A stretch of DNA of 64,000 nucleotides, taken from assembly GCA_051294905.1 (NCBI GenBank), contig CM119371.1:40302001-40366000 (forward strand), in the 5' to 3' direction. Position 1 is the first letter of the stretch. Each line of letters begins with the position of its first letter. Positions 38,360-50,789 of the stretch are shown one piece after another. The notes below the pieces were generated by a model. That model had not been told where the DNA came from, did not search any database, and saw only the letters and a program-made list of their open reading frames with translations. The DNA is from Botryllus schlosseri (lineage: Eukaryota). The translations under genes were made by a program, and so were the position numbers.

Positions 38360-40743
38360 ATCTAGCAAGAACCAGGAATTTGTATTGAGTGACTTCGCTC
38401 CTACAGCAAACGCAGCTTACATTACGGCGGTACTGAACATCGAGTAATAAGCGGGACTAGGCAGGCTACCCTTAATACGAATTTGCATTTTGCTGGTACA
38501 ATCTATGCTATAGTTGAGCGACTTTGATACGACCTCAGCACACTTCTTTGATATAGCTGCGCAACGATCTAGACTTGAACGTCGGCGTCTGGTACAGATG
38601 TGATGTTATAGCTTCAACACATAGCGTTTTAGGAGGTAAATTATAGCATAGACATAGGTTATAGATTTTATTCACCATCGGAAAAGCATCAGTGCACTAA
38701 CTATTAAAATCACGCATCTATAAGCAGCAGCTTATGGACTAGTGGCTTCATATTATCATCATCTAGCAGGAGCCAGGAATTTGTATTGAGTGACTTCGCT
38801 CCTATAGCCCCAGCAAACGCAGCTTACATTAATACGGCGTTACTGAACATCGAGTAATAAGCGGCGCTAGGCAGGCTACACTTAATACGAATTTGCATTT
38901 TGAGGGCACAATCTATGCTATAGTTGAGCGTAAAGCTAGAATTCATAGACTAACATCCATCTCAAATCCGAAGTGCATACCCGCGCAGAGTAATTATAAC
39001 CAAATTTAGTCCAAATCTATACGGAAATGTAGCCTAACTCGCCTGCGTCATCAGCCGAAGCGTATAGCGCGATAGCAGGAATGTGAAATTTTCTGAGCGT
39101 AAATTGCGAGTGCGATGTCGGTGTTTTGATCTGAAATGAAAAAAATTTAGCTTCCATCCGCGGCGGCGTAGCGCATCTTAGAATAGTCGATAAATTATAT
39201 AGCTATGCTATTCGTGCAGCTATAAGCATAGGTTTATATTGGCTATATATTTTATTCACTATCAGAAATGGTAAGATAAAGCATCACTGCAATAGCTATT
39301 AAATCAGCTCCATTACGTATCTAAAAGCAGCGGCTTATGGGGTTGTAAAATCAGCATAATCTCAGTAGTTAGATGCTTGCTACAGCTTGCAATTTACCAA
39401 CCTTAGGTCGTGAGTAAAGCTAGAATTCATAGACTAACATCCATCTCAAATCCAAGTGCATACCCGCGCGGAGTAATTATAACCAAATTTAGTCCAAATC
39501 TATACGGAAATGTAGCCTAACTCGCCTGCGTCATCAGTTGAAGTGCAGAGCGCGATAGTTGTGATAGAAATGTGAAATTTTCGGAGCGTGAATTGCGTAT
39601 GCAATGTCGGCGTTTCGATCTGAAATGAAATGAGCGAATTTAAATATAGGCGATAAATAATATATATACTGTTGCTGTAGCTAATTAATTAATTCATAAT
39701 ATTGTAATCACACTGCGCGAAACGAGTAATAAGCGGGACTAGGAACTTGCATGTACATACGAATTTATCCGGATTCGAGCATATCCTCGGTTAACATTAT
39801 AGCCGTGCACAGAACTCATTATTACGTTATTTGCTATTTAAAATGATACGGGAAATCTCGGCGTAATTCGATCTGCGCGCATTATCCATTTATGCTCCAA
39901 TGCGTTATGCGACTTTAGTATAGGTATTGGATCTAATATATTATATAAAACTTGTACGTTGCTATATATATCTTAATCTGAAGTGCATTGCTGCATCGAA
40001 AAATTATAGCTATACGCGATACGCTGACGATTTTTCAATATGGTCAAGAAATGAAATAACCCACCTTTAGTGTTGCGTAATCTGCCTTGTCATTATATGC
40101 TTGTAACTAGTTCCGGGCTTGCTTGCGGTGCTAGTCTTCTTGGCTGCATGAAATATGATGTTTTAGCTTCAAACTCAACGCATGAGCATGTCGTATTTGT
40201 AACCGCAGCGAGATTCGAGTAATAAGCGAGGCTAGATAGTCTACCCTTAACAGAGAACTTGCACATACATTCGAATTTATGCGACTTCGGCTATATTGCA
40301 TAGCCGTGCACAGAACTCATTATTACGTTATTAGCTATTTAAAATGATGCGGGAAATCTCGGTGTAATTCGATCTGCGCGCATTATCCATTTATGCTCCA
40401 ATGCGTTATGCGACTTTAGTATAGGTATTGGATCTAATATATTCTATAAACATGTACGTTGCTATATATATCTTAATCTGAAATGCATTGCTGCATCGAA
40501 AAATTATAGCTATACGCGATACGCTGTCGATTTTTCAATATAGTCAAGAAATGAAATAACCCACCTTTAGTGTTGTGTAATCTGCCTTGTCATTATATGC
40601 TTGTAACTAGTTCCGGGCTTGCTTGCAGTGCTAGTCTTCTTGGCTGCATGAAATATGATGTTTTAGCTTCAAACTCAATGCATTAGCATGCCGTATTTGT
40701 AACCGCAGCGAGATTCGAGTAATAAGCGAGGCTAGATAGTCTA
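38360..40743. repeat. Polinton non-coding tandem repeat array (~400-500 bp units), continues at 46864-47480
   Basis: CGAGTAATAAGC motif at 38441, 38851, 39723, 40216, 40716 and 47340. 38935-39150 matches 39415-39630. 500-bp period in 39723-40716. Confidence 0.9.
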
Positions 40744-43700
40744 CACTGTAAATCCGCAAGGTCGTATTGAACACTTCATAACACTTTTTTCTGCGTACAG
40801 ACACACTTTTGGGGCATATAAACGCATTGGGCTATTATCGTCGCAACGCTTCTGCGTATTTCTCCGTTTACATGTAACACTTCGCCACTGCGGCTTATTT
40901 TCGAGAAAATTTATACTTGGTAATTCATCATCAATTTTGCATTCATAAACCATCGGTACGTTTAGAGATCACGTTAAATCATGGTATATGTAAAATAATA
41001 TTACTCACTTGACCCAACACTAAGTTTAAGGGTAATATTTCAATGAAATATGCATATTTCCCTGTGAGGCAGAGGGGTCACCACCTTCGTTACGGTAGAG
41101 GGCGCTCGTTTTCAGTTTGGATTTGAATTGGTGGTTCGTCAGGCTTCAGGCAGAGAGTAGGGTACACGAAAAAACTTGGCGGAATGGATATATTGAAGCA
41201 GTTTCTGCTACCTGATGGCGTAAAGGATCATAACATCCATGTACTGTAAGGTATGGAAATGCGGTAAATGTTATTGAATGTATGTAATGTGAGAATAGTC
41301 ATAAAATGAACTCGTTTTGACATTGCAGTAACGTCGTTTGTTTTAGATGTTTTAGTAGGCTACTGATATCCCTTATACATATGAATGTTCTTTAGATGTT
41401 TTGTAGTATATGATTCGTCTGATATTATTGCTGGATGACCGAGCTTCGAATCTGATAATATACCAGGCTGCGACCAGGTCCAGTACTACGGTACTGATGG
41501 GAAACTGCTATAAAAGTAACTTTTTTGACATATGGATAAAGGGATGTTCTCTCTATCCACACTGAAATATCACTATGCATGTAGGCGATATTGTGGTCCA
41601 TTGTGGACAAGTACTGCAATGTCAGCAATTGAATGCCGACATGACAGTCATGCAACGGTTTTGATTGTTTTTCAACTGCAACACATTTTACACTGTACTG
41701 TTTATCCCAAGTGGTAAGGTGTTAACTAAAGCGATTTTTTGACATGTCAAAATAGGTCAAAATTTTGTCAAAATTGTACCGTTACGTCAAAAATTGCCAA
41801 AATTCTTTACAAAATAAAATTTGGTTGGCAACTTGCATTTCGTTTGTATCATAGATGATTGCACTGTCGGTGAACATATCATTTTACAATTTACATCTTG
41901 TAGCCTACTTTATAGTCCTACCGTTGTAGACGGACCATCGTCTGCTCATTGTGAATCATAAACTGTCAAATGAAACAAATACTCAACGTAGCCTATTGCA
42001 CTATCCTAACTGAAGCAAGACTGCGTGGGCATTGGTTCTTTTATTAGAAACCGTGTGATGAAATATTGCGATGTAGACAACTTTGTCATAATGAGAGAGA
42101 GAGAGTGCAGTGTACGCACAACTTCAGTGTTGCCGGCCAACAACTGCAGCTGGTGAACGTTCTTTCTTCATTCTTGCCAAGCTACTTAGTTAGGACAGAC
42201 ACTTTCTACCCGAATATGTAGGAAAGTATCTTTCGTTGTACTACAACAAATTTTTAATTATTTCTACCATAATACGAGATGTAACTAATACTGAATTATT
42301 CATGGGTCCAGATTTCGATAAAATAAATTCTTTTTCATGTAAAAATTTGTCAATTTTCATGCTAAAAGATTTTTTCAGGTCAAATTACTTCGGAAGAACA
42401 GACAGCTCCAGCCAGAAATAAAGATAAGTTCCGGTAATACAATTCTAACACTATGTGAGAAACACCTAATTTAAGTACATGGGGTCAAAATTAAGTTTTT
42501 CATCATCAAAATATGTGTGAATTTGAATTTTGTAGTCAAAATCTTACCTTTTTAGGTCCAAAAAATCGCCCCAATAATAGCCAAACAAACAATCTTTTCA
42601 ACAAACCATGGATCACAAGGGGTAGTATTTGTTTTGCCCAATCCCCAAATTTGACTTATCTAAGTTTATTGTGATACGGTAACTGAACTAAACTCTATTT
42701 TGCAGGTAGTATGTATTGGACTTGGCACCTGTTTGAAATGCATTTGCTGTATGGAATACTGGTAAGCATCACGGTGTTTTGTAAGTGAACTGGTATATCC
42801 TTAGAGAATGAATTTGATTCTGTTGCAATCGGTTACCTTTGTGATAAAGATTTTTATGAACGTTTGCTGATAAAATTTCACAAAAATTGTTAACAATCCA
42901 GGAAGTATACTAACTGTGCCAGAGTAAAATTGGTGGTAACGTCATGTGCAACTTTCCATTCCATTACTTAATTATTCTACGAAAGACACCCTTCTGTCAC
43001 GCACAACCTATTGCAGAAAAAAAAACTGTATCCAGTATGATATCTGCGTGACTACTGAGCAGTTCATTTGTATTGCAAATTTTGGCAACAAATATTTCTT
43101 TTCAATAGTCTTGGATTGATCCTCAAATTCGTTCAACTGATGTCCACTCTTTAAAAAGAGCCCCCTGGGTGTACCGTGCCTGCGCTATCAGACAATATTG
43201 ACAGTGACGTGAGGAGTCGTTCTTAACGGGTTTTGTGCCGGCACAGTCATCTTATGTGATACAGTCCTTTGTCTCAAGAGCCCATGGATACATGTGATTA
43301 TGTAAGCCTATTTATTCATTTTATATATCACCATTGATTATGTAATTTGCTGGTTTTTGCAGTCCTACTTTTCTCACAAACATTCTCGCAGAGTAACTTA
43401 CGGGCTATTCGATATGAGCTGAAAAAGGCTTCATCTGTGTACACTGAACACTGAACAGAGATGTAGTTGAACGTAATGAGCTCGTGTAACTTGTACTTTA
43501 ACTATTGCTTACTGAACTATATTGGGCTAGGTCAGTGGTTCTCAACCTGGGGGGATGAGCACCTCTCCTGCGCTTCTGTAACCTATCTGTGTGAAATATT
43601 TATATTTACTTCTGCATCAAATTTACAATTTCCTTTGTAATGTTTCGTATTTTCTAGGAGCAGCATTTGGATTTGTCCAGTAAAAAAAGATCCGCCATGG

Positions 43701-46700
43701 CACGCCACAAATCAGGGACTCATCAAGCCTGGGTTGCGGCTGATGGAAAGAATATGAAAAATTCCCCCAAGGTGCAGGTAGTATGTATTGCAATCGGCAC
43801 CTTCTTGAAATGCATTTGTTGTTTAAAATACTGGTAAGCATCGTGATGTTTCTTAAGTAAACTGGTATATCCTTAGATCATGAATTTGATTCTGCTGCAT
43901 TCGGTTATTTTTATGAATGTTTGCTGGTAAAATTCCACTAAAATGATTAACAATCCAGGAAAGCATGCTACTCGTGCTGGAGTAAAATTGATGGTACGGT
44001 CACATGCAACTTTCCATTACAATAATTATTTGTTCTATGAAAGACACCCTTTTGTCACATACAAATGTATCCAGTCTGATATCTGCGTAATACTGAATGC
44101 TGGTGACGTCATATTTTGTGATACGATTTTGATGTACATCGTTCTTTCGAGCTCTCTACTAGTTGCTGACGAGTCTCAGCCGAAAATATTCGGGCTCATT
44201 TCAATATGCATATACTATTCAATTTTATATTGAAGTTTTGCACCTCAAAGAAGCTGTCCGAATATTGAATAGTTCCCTTGTATTGCAAATTTTTGAAACA
44301 AGTATTTTCTTTTCAACAGTCTTGGATTGATCTTCAAATTCATCCAACTGGTGTCGACTCTTCGTAAAGACCCCCTGGTTCTACCGGGCCTGTGCTAACA
44401 GACAATGTTGATAGTGACGTGAGGAGTCATCTGAACGGATTTCGTGCCAGTGCAGTCATCTTTTGCGATAATACTTTTGCCTCAAGAACCCATGGAAACA
44501 TGTGGTTATGTAAGTCTATTTATTCATTTCATATATCACCATTGATTCTGTAATGTGCTGGTTTTTGCAGTCCTAATTCTCTCAATAACTATCTATATAT
44601 GCGATATGAGCTGAAGAGAGGCTTGATCTGTGTACATTGAACAGAGGTGTTCTTGAATGTAAAGAGCTGGGGTAACTTGTATTTAAACTATTGCTTACTG
44701 AACTATACTTGGAACATCAAATTGAGATCATTTCCCATGTCGTGCTAATTCCAAATAATTTCGTTAATTGAATTTAATCAGGAAGGAAGGATTTGAAAGA
44801 TTGAGAACAATTACAATTACTGCAATGAAGGAAAAGTATTCAACACCTTCCATAAGATGTCACGAATTTTTTTGTTCTAAAGACATTCAATGTGTCCTTT
44901 GTCTGGTATATTTTCTCGTCTCAATTCAAAGCAGCTATAAAATCTTAGAATCGAAGTTATATGTAAAGCCTACCGTATGTCAATTATTGTAATGGAAATC
45001 CAAACCCATAGGAATAACGATTCTACTATATTTATTTTCGGATCTTGTTTGCATTCAATTACATTTTCAGTAAAACGAGGTTGATGAAGTCAACTGTCTT
45101 CTTATCCAAGCCAAATTGAGAGACAAGCTAATACAATCCAAGACCCAAGCGCATGTCTTATTGAAACAGGTATCGTAATCTTTCTGTTTTGTGGACCATA
45201 CAAATTTACATAGACCGTTCGTAGACGTACATAGACGTTCTGCTATAAATTTCATTCTGAGCTACAGTTCTGCATTCTCACTGTGGCCTGTGCGTCTGAA
45301 TGTCAATGTAAATGTCAAAATGGCCGAATTGAAAAAAACGCAGACCTAATTCAAGATATTTTTATTAGTCGTTATGCGAATTTTAGTCCTTCTCAGTGAT
45401 AGGATTTCACATTTACCCGAGCGCCTTTCCTGCGCTTGTGTAACCTGCATGTGTGAAATATTTATATTTATTTCTGCATAAAATTTAGAATTTTCATTGA
45501 CATATTCAAAACTTTGGAATTTAATCACATTTTCAAGGAGCGCAACTTGGAGTCGACCAGTAGAAAAGAAGCAAACACCATGGCACGCCACGAATCAGAG
45601 ATTGACCGATCCTGGATCGCAGCTGATGCCAAGAATATAAAACTGCTTCAGTGAAAATGGAGTATTCAGAAACATTGTTGACGTTTTGAGCTACTATGCA
45701 TTGGATTGTCATACCCCGAAGGAGTGGTTCTCAAACAGGAGAAAGCATTTGAAGGGGCGTGAAGCTGCTGTCAACTAAAATCTTTCTCGCACATGGCAGC
45801 TTCTACTTATCTCTCTGTGTATGGTCAGAATTTAATATTTGAATATTCTCTCATCAACAACTATTACCGTCACTGCCATCCAACTATGAGTTGGGATTTC
45901 TAGCGTTCTGGTTGCTTTTTTTAATTTCATGATACGACGATAAGGGGTGTGTGAAATTTTATTGCTATCACAACGGGGCGTGTCCAAAAATGTTCAAGAA
46001 CCAGTGCCCTAATGACTTCCAGATTTCATATTTTGCAGCAGACTGGTAAATAACAACAAAATCTTTTCTGTAAATCTGCAAAATTTGTATGGACTCAAAG
46101 AAACGATTTCTTTGTTATTTAAACAAAAGTGATTGGCATTAACCTGATATAAATACTTGTATTGCACGCCCAAGAATATTTTTGATGCCTGGTTAGCAGG
46201 CCCAAATTCATTAAGAGTAAAAAATACTTTGTTACTTGCTTATCGTGGTAGTGGTAGTGAAACTGATACATTCATTGTTTATTTACAATAAAATTATAAA
46301 TTTACAAGCCATAATTTGATCAATTTTAAATTAGTTTTAATGATTTGTGTTGATCATGTTTCCGTCAACGGACGTAACCAATGAATTTGATTCCATGCCA
46401 TTGTCACGAAAGTTGAAGATACTAAATGATATTTTGTTATCGCTATCCCTAATTCCCTATGCATTCATTTCCATGATTGAACGAGCTGCATGATATTTGT
46501 AGTGAGTTTGCTCTTGATCATTTATGATGTTCGTGATTTCATGGACTATTCCGGAAACGGCTTCAACTGCTGATCTGAAATTATGAAACCCTGTCACAGC
46601 AGCTATTGGAAATTTCAATGTTTGTACGTATTTCATCACCCAGGTTGGGTGTTTTAAGCGTCATCTATTCATGAATCAATAAAATCTGATTTTATTTTGA

Positions 46701-46863
46701 GCCCTGCGTTCCGGTGACTAGTCAACCAGCGACTTTGAGGCTGAACACTTTTTAGGTAAACACTTTTAATTTAAACACTTCGCAACACTTCTAGGCGTTC
46801 AATTTTTGGATCACGTTTCGTGTTCAATTTTCCGGGTTGAGCAACACTTCAGAATTTACAGTG
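40744..46863. mobile_element. Non-autonomous CACTG-ended (EnSpm/CACTA-like) DNA transposon nested in the Polinton
   Basis: Ends CACTGTAAAT / ATTTACAGTG with a TA duplication. The empty site GATAGTC-TA-CCCTTAACAGAG is visible in the sister repeat at ~40235-40255. Confidence 0.85.
42700..44710. repeat. Diverged direct duplication inside the nested transposon
   Basis: 42700-43520 resembles 43775-44710; 43550-43770 resembles 45420-45640. Confidence 0.75.
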
Positions 46864-47480
46864 TACCCTTAACAGAGAACTTGCATATACATTCGAATTT
46901 ATGCGACTTCGGCTATATTGCATAGCCGTGTACAGAACTCATTATTACATTATTAGCTATTTAAAATGATGCGGGAAATCTCGGTGTAATTCGATCTGCG
47001 CGTATTATCCATTTATGCTCCAATGCGTTATGCGACTTTAGTATAGGTATTGAATGTAATATATTCTATAAAACATGTACGTTGCTATTTATATCTTAAT
47101 CTGAAGTGCATTGCTGCATCGAAAAATTATAGACAAAAATTATAGCTATACGCGATACGCTATCGATTTTTCAATATAATCAAGAAATGAATTAGCCAAC
47201 CTTAGTGTTGCGTAATCTGCCTTGTCATTATATGCTAGTTCCGGGCTTGCGGTGCTAGTCTTCTTGGCTGCATGAAATAGGATGTTTTAGCTTCAAACTC
47301 AACGCATTAGCATGCCTAATTTATAACCACAGCGAGATTCGAGTAATAAGCTAGCCTAGATAGTCTACCTTTAACAGAAAACTTACATATACATTCGAAT
47401 TTGTGCGACTTCGGCTATATTGCCGGTTAACATTATAGCCGCGCACAGAACTCACTATTACGTTAGCTATTGGAGAAATC
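46864..47480. repeat. Continuation of the ~500-bp Polinton repeat array
   Basis: Near-identical to 40243-40740. Confidence 0.9.
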
Positions 47481-47704
47481 CCAACGTAAATCAATCTGCG
47501 TTCACAAGTAAGCTAATGCTGTATCGAGAAATTATAGCTAAATTGAGTTTAAATTGGTACGAAAATGCATTGATCTTACCTCGTCTGCGATGCTTGCATC
47601 CCTGCGCACATGGCAATACTTTTAACAGAAGTGTGAAGTTTTCAGAATGCGAATTGCTTTACGTCGGAAGTAAACATTCTAATTCGTATCGCCAGCGCGG
47701 CGTT

Positions 47705-47850
47705 TTCTTGGAAACGCAACTATATTTAGAATGTTCTAATTCCCATTATCGATGTGGTCCGACTTCTTAGAATCGCAACTATATTTAGAATGTTCTAATT
47801 CATATTGTCGATGTGACCCGACTTCTTGGAAATGTAAGCAACTATATTCG
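47705..47850. repeat. ~59-bp tandem repeat, about 2.3 copies
   Basis: CGCAACTATATTTAGAATGTTCTAATTC repeated. Confidence 0.8.
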
Positions 47851-48104
47851 TACCACATTTGCACGCGTCAATTTCTTGGAATAGTATTCAGCAATATGCG
47901 CGGCGCATGAGCTTTGCGTGATCGTAGGCCTTTATGGTTGCGATATCTGTATTATGAAGTTGCATTTGCAGAATTCCCCAAAATCATTGACTAATTAATG
48001 ATGACACAGCTGTTATAGTACACAATAACTCGAAAAAGGTGTTGTCTCGGAATTTAAGAGAGAATCGGTGGTTATATTCTCAAAACAGCTCAATACGGCT
48101 AGTT

Positions 48105-48181
48105 TGCTCAATAGTCTGGTGGTGAGCGACGTGACATTATACCCATCCAAACCAGGTTCGATTCTAGCTAAGGTAAGTTTT
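48105..48181 (+). ncRNA. tRNA-like Pol III unit (A box, B box, T-run)
   Basis: TAGTCTGGTGG (48112) and GGTTCGATTCT (48155) at tRNA spacing, TTTT at 48178-48181. Cloverleaf stems are poor. Confidence 0.4.
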
Positions 48182-48269
48182 GGCGTGGTAATGAGTGTCA
48201 TAGGTGCAGCAATCGACATCGCGCTGGTTGATGCGGCGCTGTGCACCATATAGATGCGGCAATCAATGC

Positions 48270-48499
48270 GGTGATGATGTGGCAATGGATGATGTGGCAC
48301 TATAGGTGTGGCGCTTGATGATGTGGCACAGATGATGTGGCAATGGGTGTGCTATAGGTGCAGCAATGGGTGAATGATGTGACAATAGGTGTGCTATAGG
48401 TGCGGCAATGGGCGGATGATGTGGCAATGTAGGCGTGGCAATGTAGGCGACGTGGCCTTCTGGGATTGGCGGGCAATAAAGCCAGCTAAGTCTACTACT
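48270..48499 (-). repeat. Polinton right TIR
   Basis: Reverse complement of 24668-~24900. Inner boundary approximate. Confidence 0.9.
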
Positions 48500-49064
48500 A
48501 ACATGCCTGCATTGCATATATTGCATTTTCGGTAATGTCCATTCTCGGTGGTGTCCATTCTCGGTAATGTCCATTCTCTGTGGTGTGCATTCTCGGTAAT
48601 GTCCATTCTCGGTGGTGTCCATTCTCGGTAATGTCCATTCTCTGTGGTGTGCATTCTCGGTAATGTCCATTCTCGTTGGTGTCCATTCTCGGTAATGGCA
48701 TTCTCGGTAATGGTTTTCTCGGTATTGACCGGACACCAATATTTTCGGCTGACACTCTTCAGGGGTAATCGCGCGACATCAAGCAATATTTCCTTCATTA
48801 CAACGAATTCAAGCCGACAGACAGAAGACAGAAGATCGCGACCTCGAGCACAAACATTACCGCGTTAGCATTCGTTGAAGGGACATTAAGGAGAAATTAC
48901 ACACTAACACTGGAAATAATATTTGTCCGATGTGATACGGATTTCATCCGATATAAGATCCCGAGACAAATCACGGCGCAAATCTGCGATTGGAGTGAGG
49001 TTTGGCGTTGCTGTGTAAATCGGGCAATATATTGCGTCCTCGTTACGAAATCATTTGTGTAGAT

Positions 49065-49410
49065 CAGTGGTTCCCAACGTGGGCGATTTGGCGGCCTAGG
49101 AGGGCGAAAATGATGAAGGGCGCGATAGGGGCGCGAAAATGGACAAAGGGGGCGACAGGGGGCGATGACGCGTTGAAACGACTATATTGGAGTCAAGTCG
49201 GAGAAATGACCTTTTTTCTTAGTCAACCCACGGAAATTTAGTTGCAAAAGTGTAAAACTCGACAACGAACCGAAAAGTTGACCTTTTTTTAGTCAATCCG
49301 CCGATGATTACAGATTGTATGCCGATTTTTCGGTTCACAGAACTTTGGGGGCGATGATTGACGTTGAGCTTGAAAAGGGGGCGATGAGTCGAAAAGGTTG
49401 GTAACCACTG
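49065..49410. mobile_element. hAT (Charlie-like) MITE
   Basis: CAGTGGTTCCCAAC / GTTGGTAACCACTG ends; TSD GTGTAGAT / GTCTAGAT (7 of 8 match). Confidence 0.85.
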
Positions 49411-50789
49411 GTCTAGATGCTTTACTATGGTCAGAATTCGCCACTATCGCGAGGGGTCCGTGGTCATAGGAGAAATGAACAATTGGGCATGTGACAAATG
49501 GGTGGGTTAAGTTTTAGCTTTAGGGTTGATTTAGGGACTTAGGGTTACGGTCAGAATTGGAATAGATATATATATGAGGGATAATTTCAGGGGTATGCCT
49601 GTGGTTAGGATTAATTTTGGAGTTATATAGTCAAATGCTTAAGTGACGCATGCTCAAGCGTCCATGCCCAGCTGTCGTTTTTCATTGTGTCCCATTCTCA
49701 TATTCTCGGGCAATCATCGAGAGGGTATTACAAAGACACCATAGCCACATAACGTTTGGGGCTGGTTTATTCATTTGCGTTAGATTGTTAGTGCGCAATC
49801 ATTGTTAGTTGCGACAGTATAACTACAATAGGTTTTCTTCTTACTTAATGTCCAAGTGCAAGATGCGATTTGCTATCCCTATCAAAACCACCTCAAGTGC
49901 AGTAGAAAATCAAAGGTCGGAAAAGCACTCGAGTAAGTGGCGCTGAGACAGGATTTTAGTAGACATTCGCAGATATCCCCTTTCCAAATTGCCAGATGCA
50001 TATTCGCGACAAAAGCAAAAGGACTAATAACCTTACACATATTATTTTATGCAGGGGTTATATTGCATGCTTGTTATGACAATTTACCCCGAAACGTGTA
50101 ACCAACATATGCCAAAACCACTCATTGCTTTCAAAATTCCAAGTCTGAAAAGTAGGTAGTTTGGACTTGAAGACTGTGAAATAGAAGTAGTAGTCCAAAG
50201 ACACAACAGCCTGAGTAAATATGAAGTAGAAGTAGGTAATACCTACTTGGGTACACCGACAAAGTATACCTCATTACTGATAATCTAAGTAGTTACGTTA
50301 CACGTAATTGAATAGTATATTCATATTGAATACTATTGAATTGTATATCGAAGTTCTGTAACTCCAAGAAGCTCTTACACGTGATTGTAGACTGAAATCT
50401 ATAAACCTATAAATTCTACTTCGCGGTGCGAATTTTGTGGTAACACCTTGTTTCTTCTGTTCGTCACATATGATTCTATTACAACAATCGATGGGTATGC
50501 TATTTACCCTGGTTGGCGGACGTCATGTGATAAACTCACAATGAGGTCATCCAGCCAGCAAAGCATCGAATATCAGCTTACAAAATACTTGTGGCATCAA
50601 CAATAAATGAAAACCGGTCATTCTTGTACCATAATAGTATAAAGTCAGTTCGGTATCGGATCAAGACGGACGTCTCAAGCATCCAATGACGATTTGCATA
50701 TGGCATATGTGCTTTTGGAAAAGAATTAACTTTCGACTATTTGCGACAATACTTGGGTCTGAAGTGACTTCAGTAGCGATCCGGATATC

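Larger units (their letters stand above)
24668..48499 (+). mobile_element. Complete integrated Polinton/Maverick (adintovirus-like endogenous virus), 23.8 kb including a 6.1-kb nested insertion
   Basis: Starts AGTAGTAGACTTAGCTGGC (24668) and ends with its reverse complement (48499). AACATG is duplicated at 24662-24667 and 48500-48505. Carries the pPolB, ATPase, integrase, capsid and protease gene set. Confidence 0.97.
24412..48737. mobile_element. Foldback/MITE with 16-bp tandem sub-repeats, interrupted by the Polinton
   Basis: CAATACCGAGAAAACCATTACCGAGAAT arrays at 24423-24560 and inverted at 48525-48727. AATATT is duplicated at 24406-24411 and 48738-48743. Confidence 0.8.

Noticed and set aside
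38235..38447. 70-aa ORF after the protease
   Set aside because: Non-ATG start, lies after the poly(A) signal and runs into the repeat array.
48263..48868. ORFs of 74-158 aa at the right end (and 24465-24992 at the left)
   Set aside because: Translations of 16-bp foldback arrays and TIR sub-repeats; they cross the element boundary.
49515..49550. Telomere-like TTAGGG
   Set aside because: Only a few interrupted copies, typical of MITE interiors.
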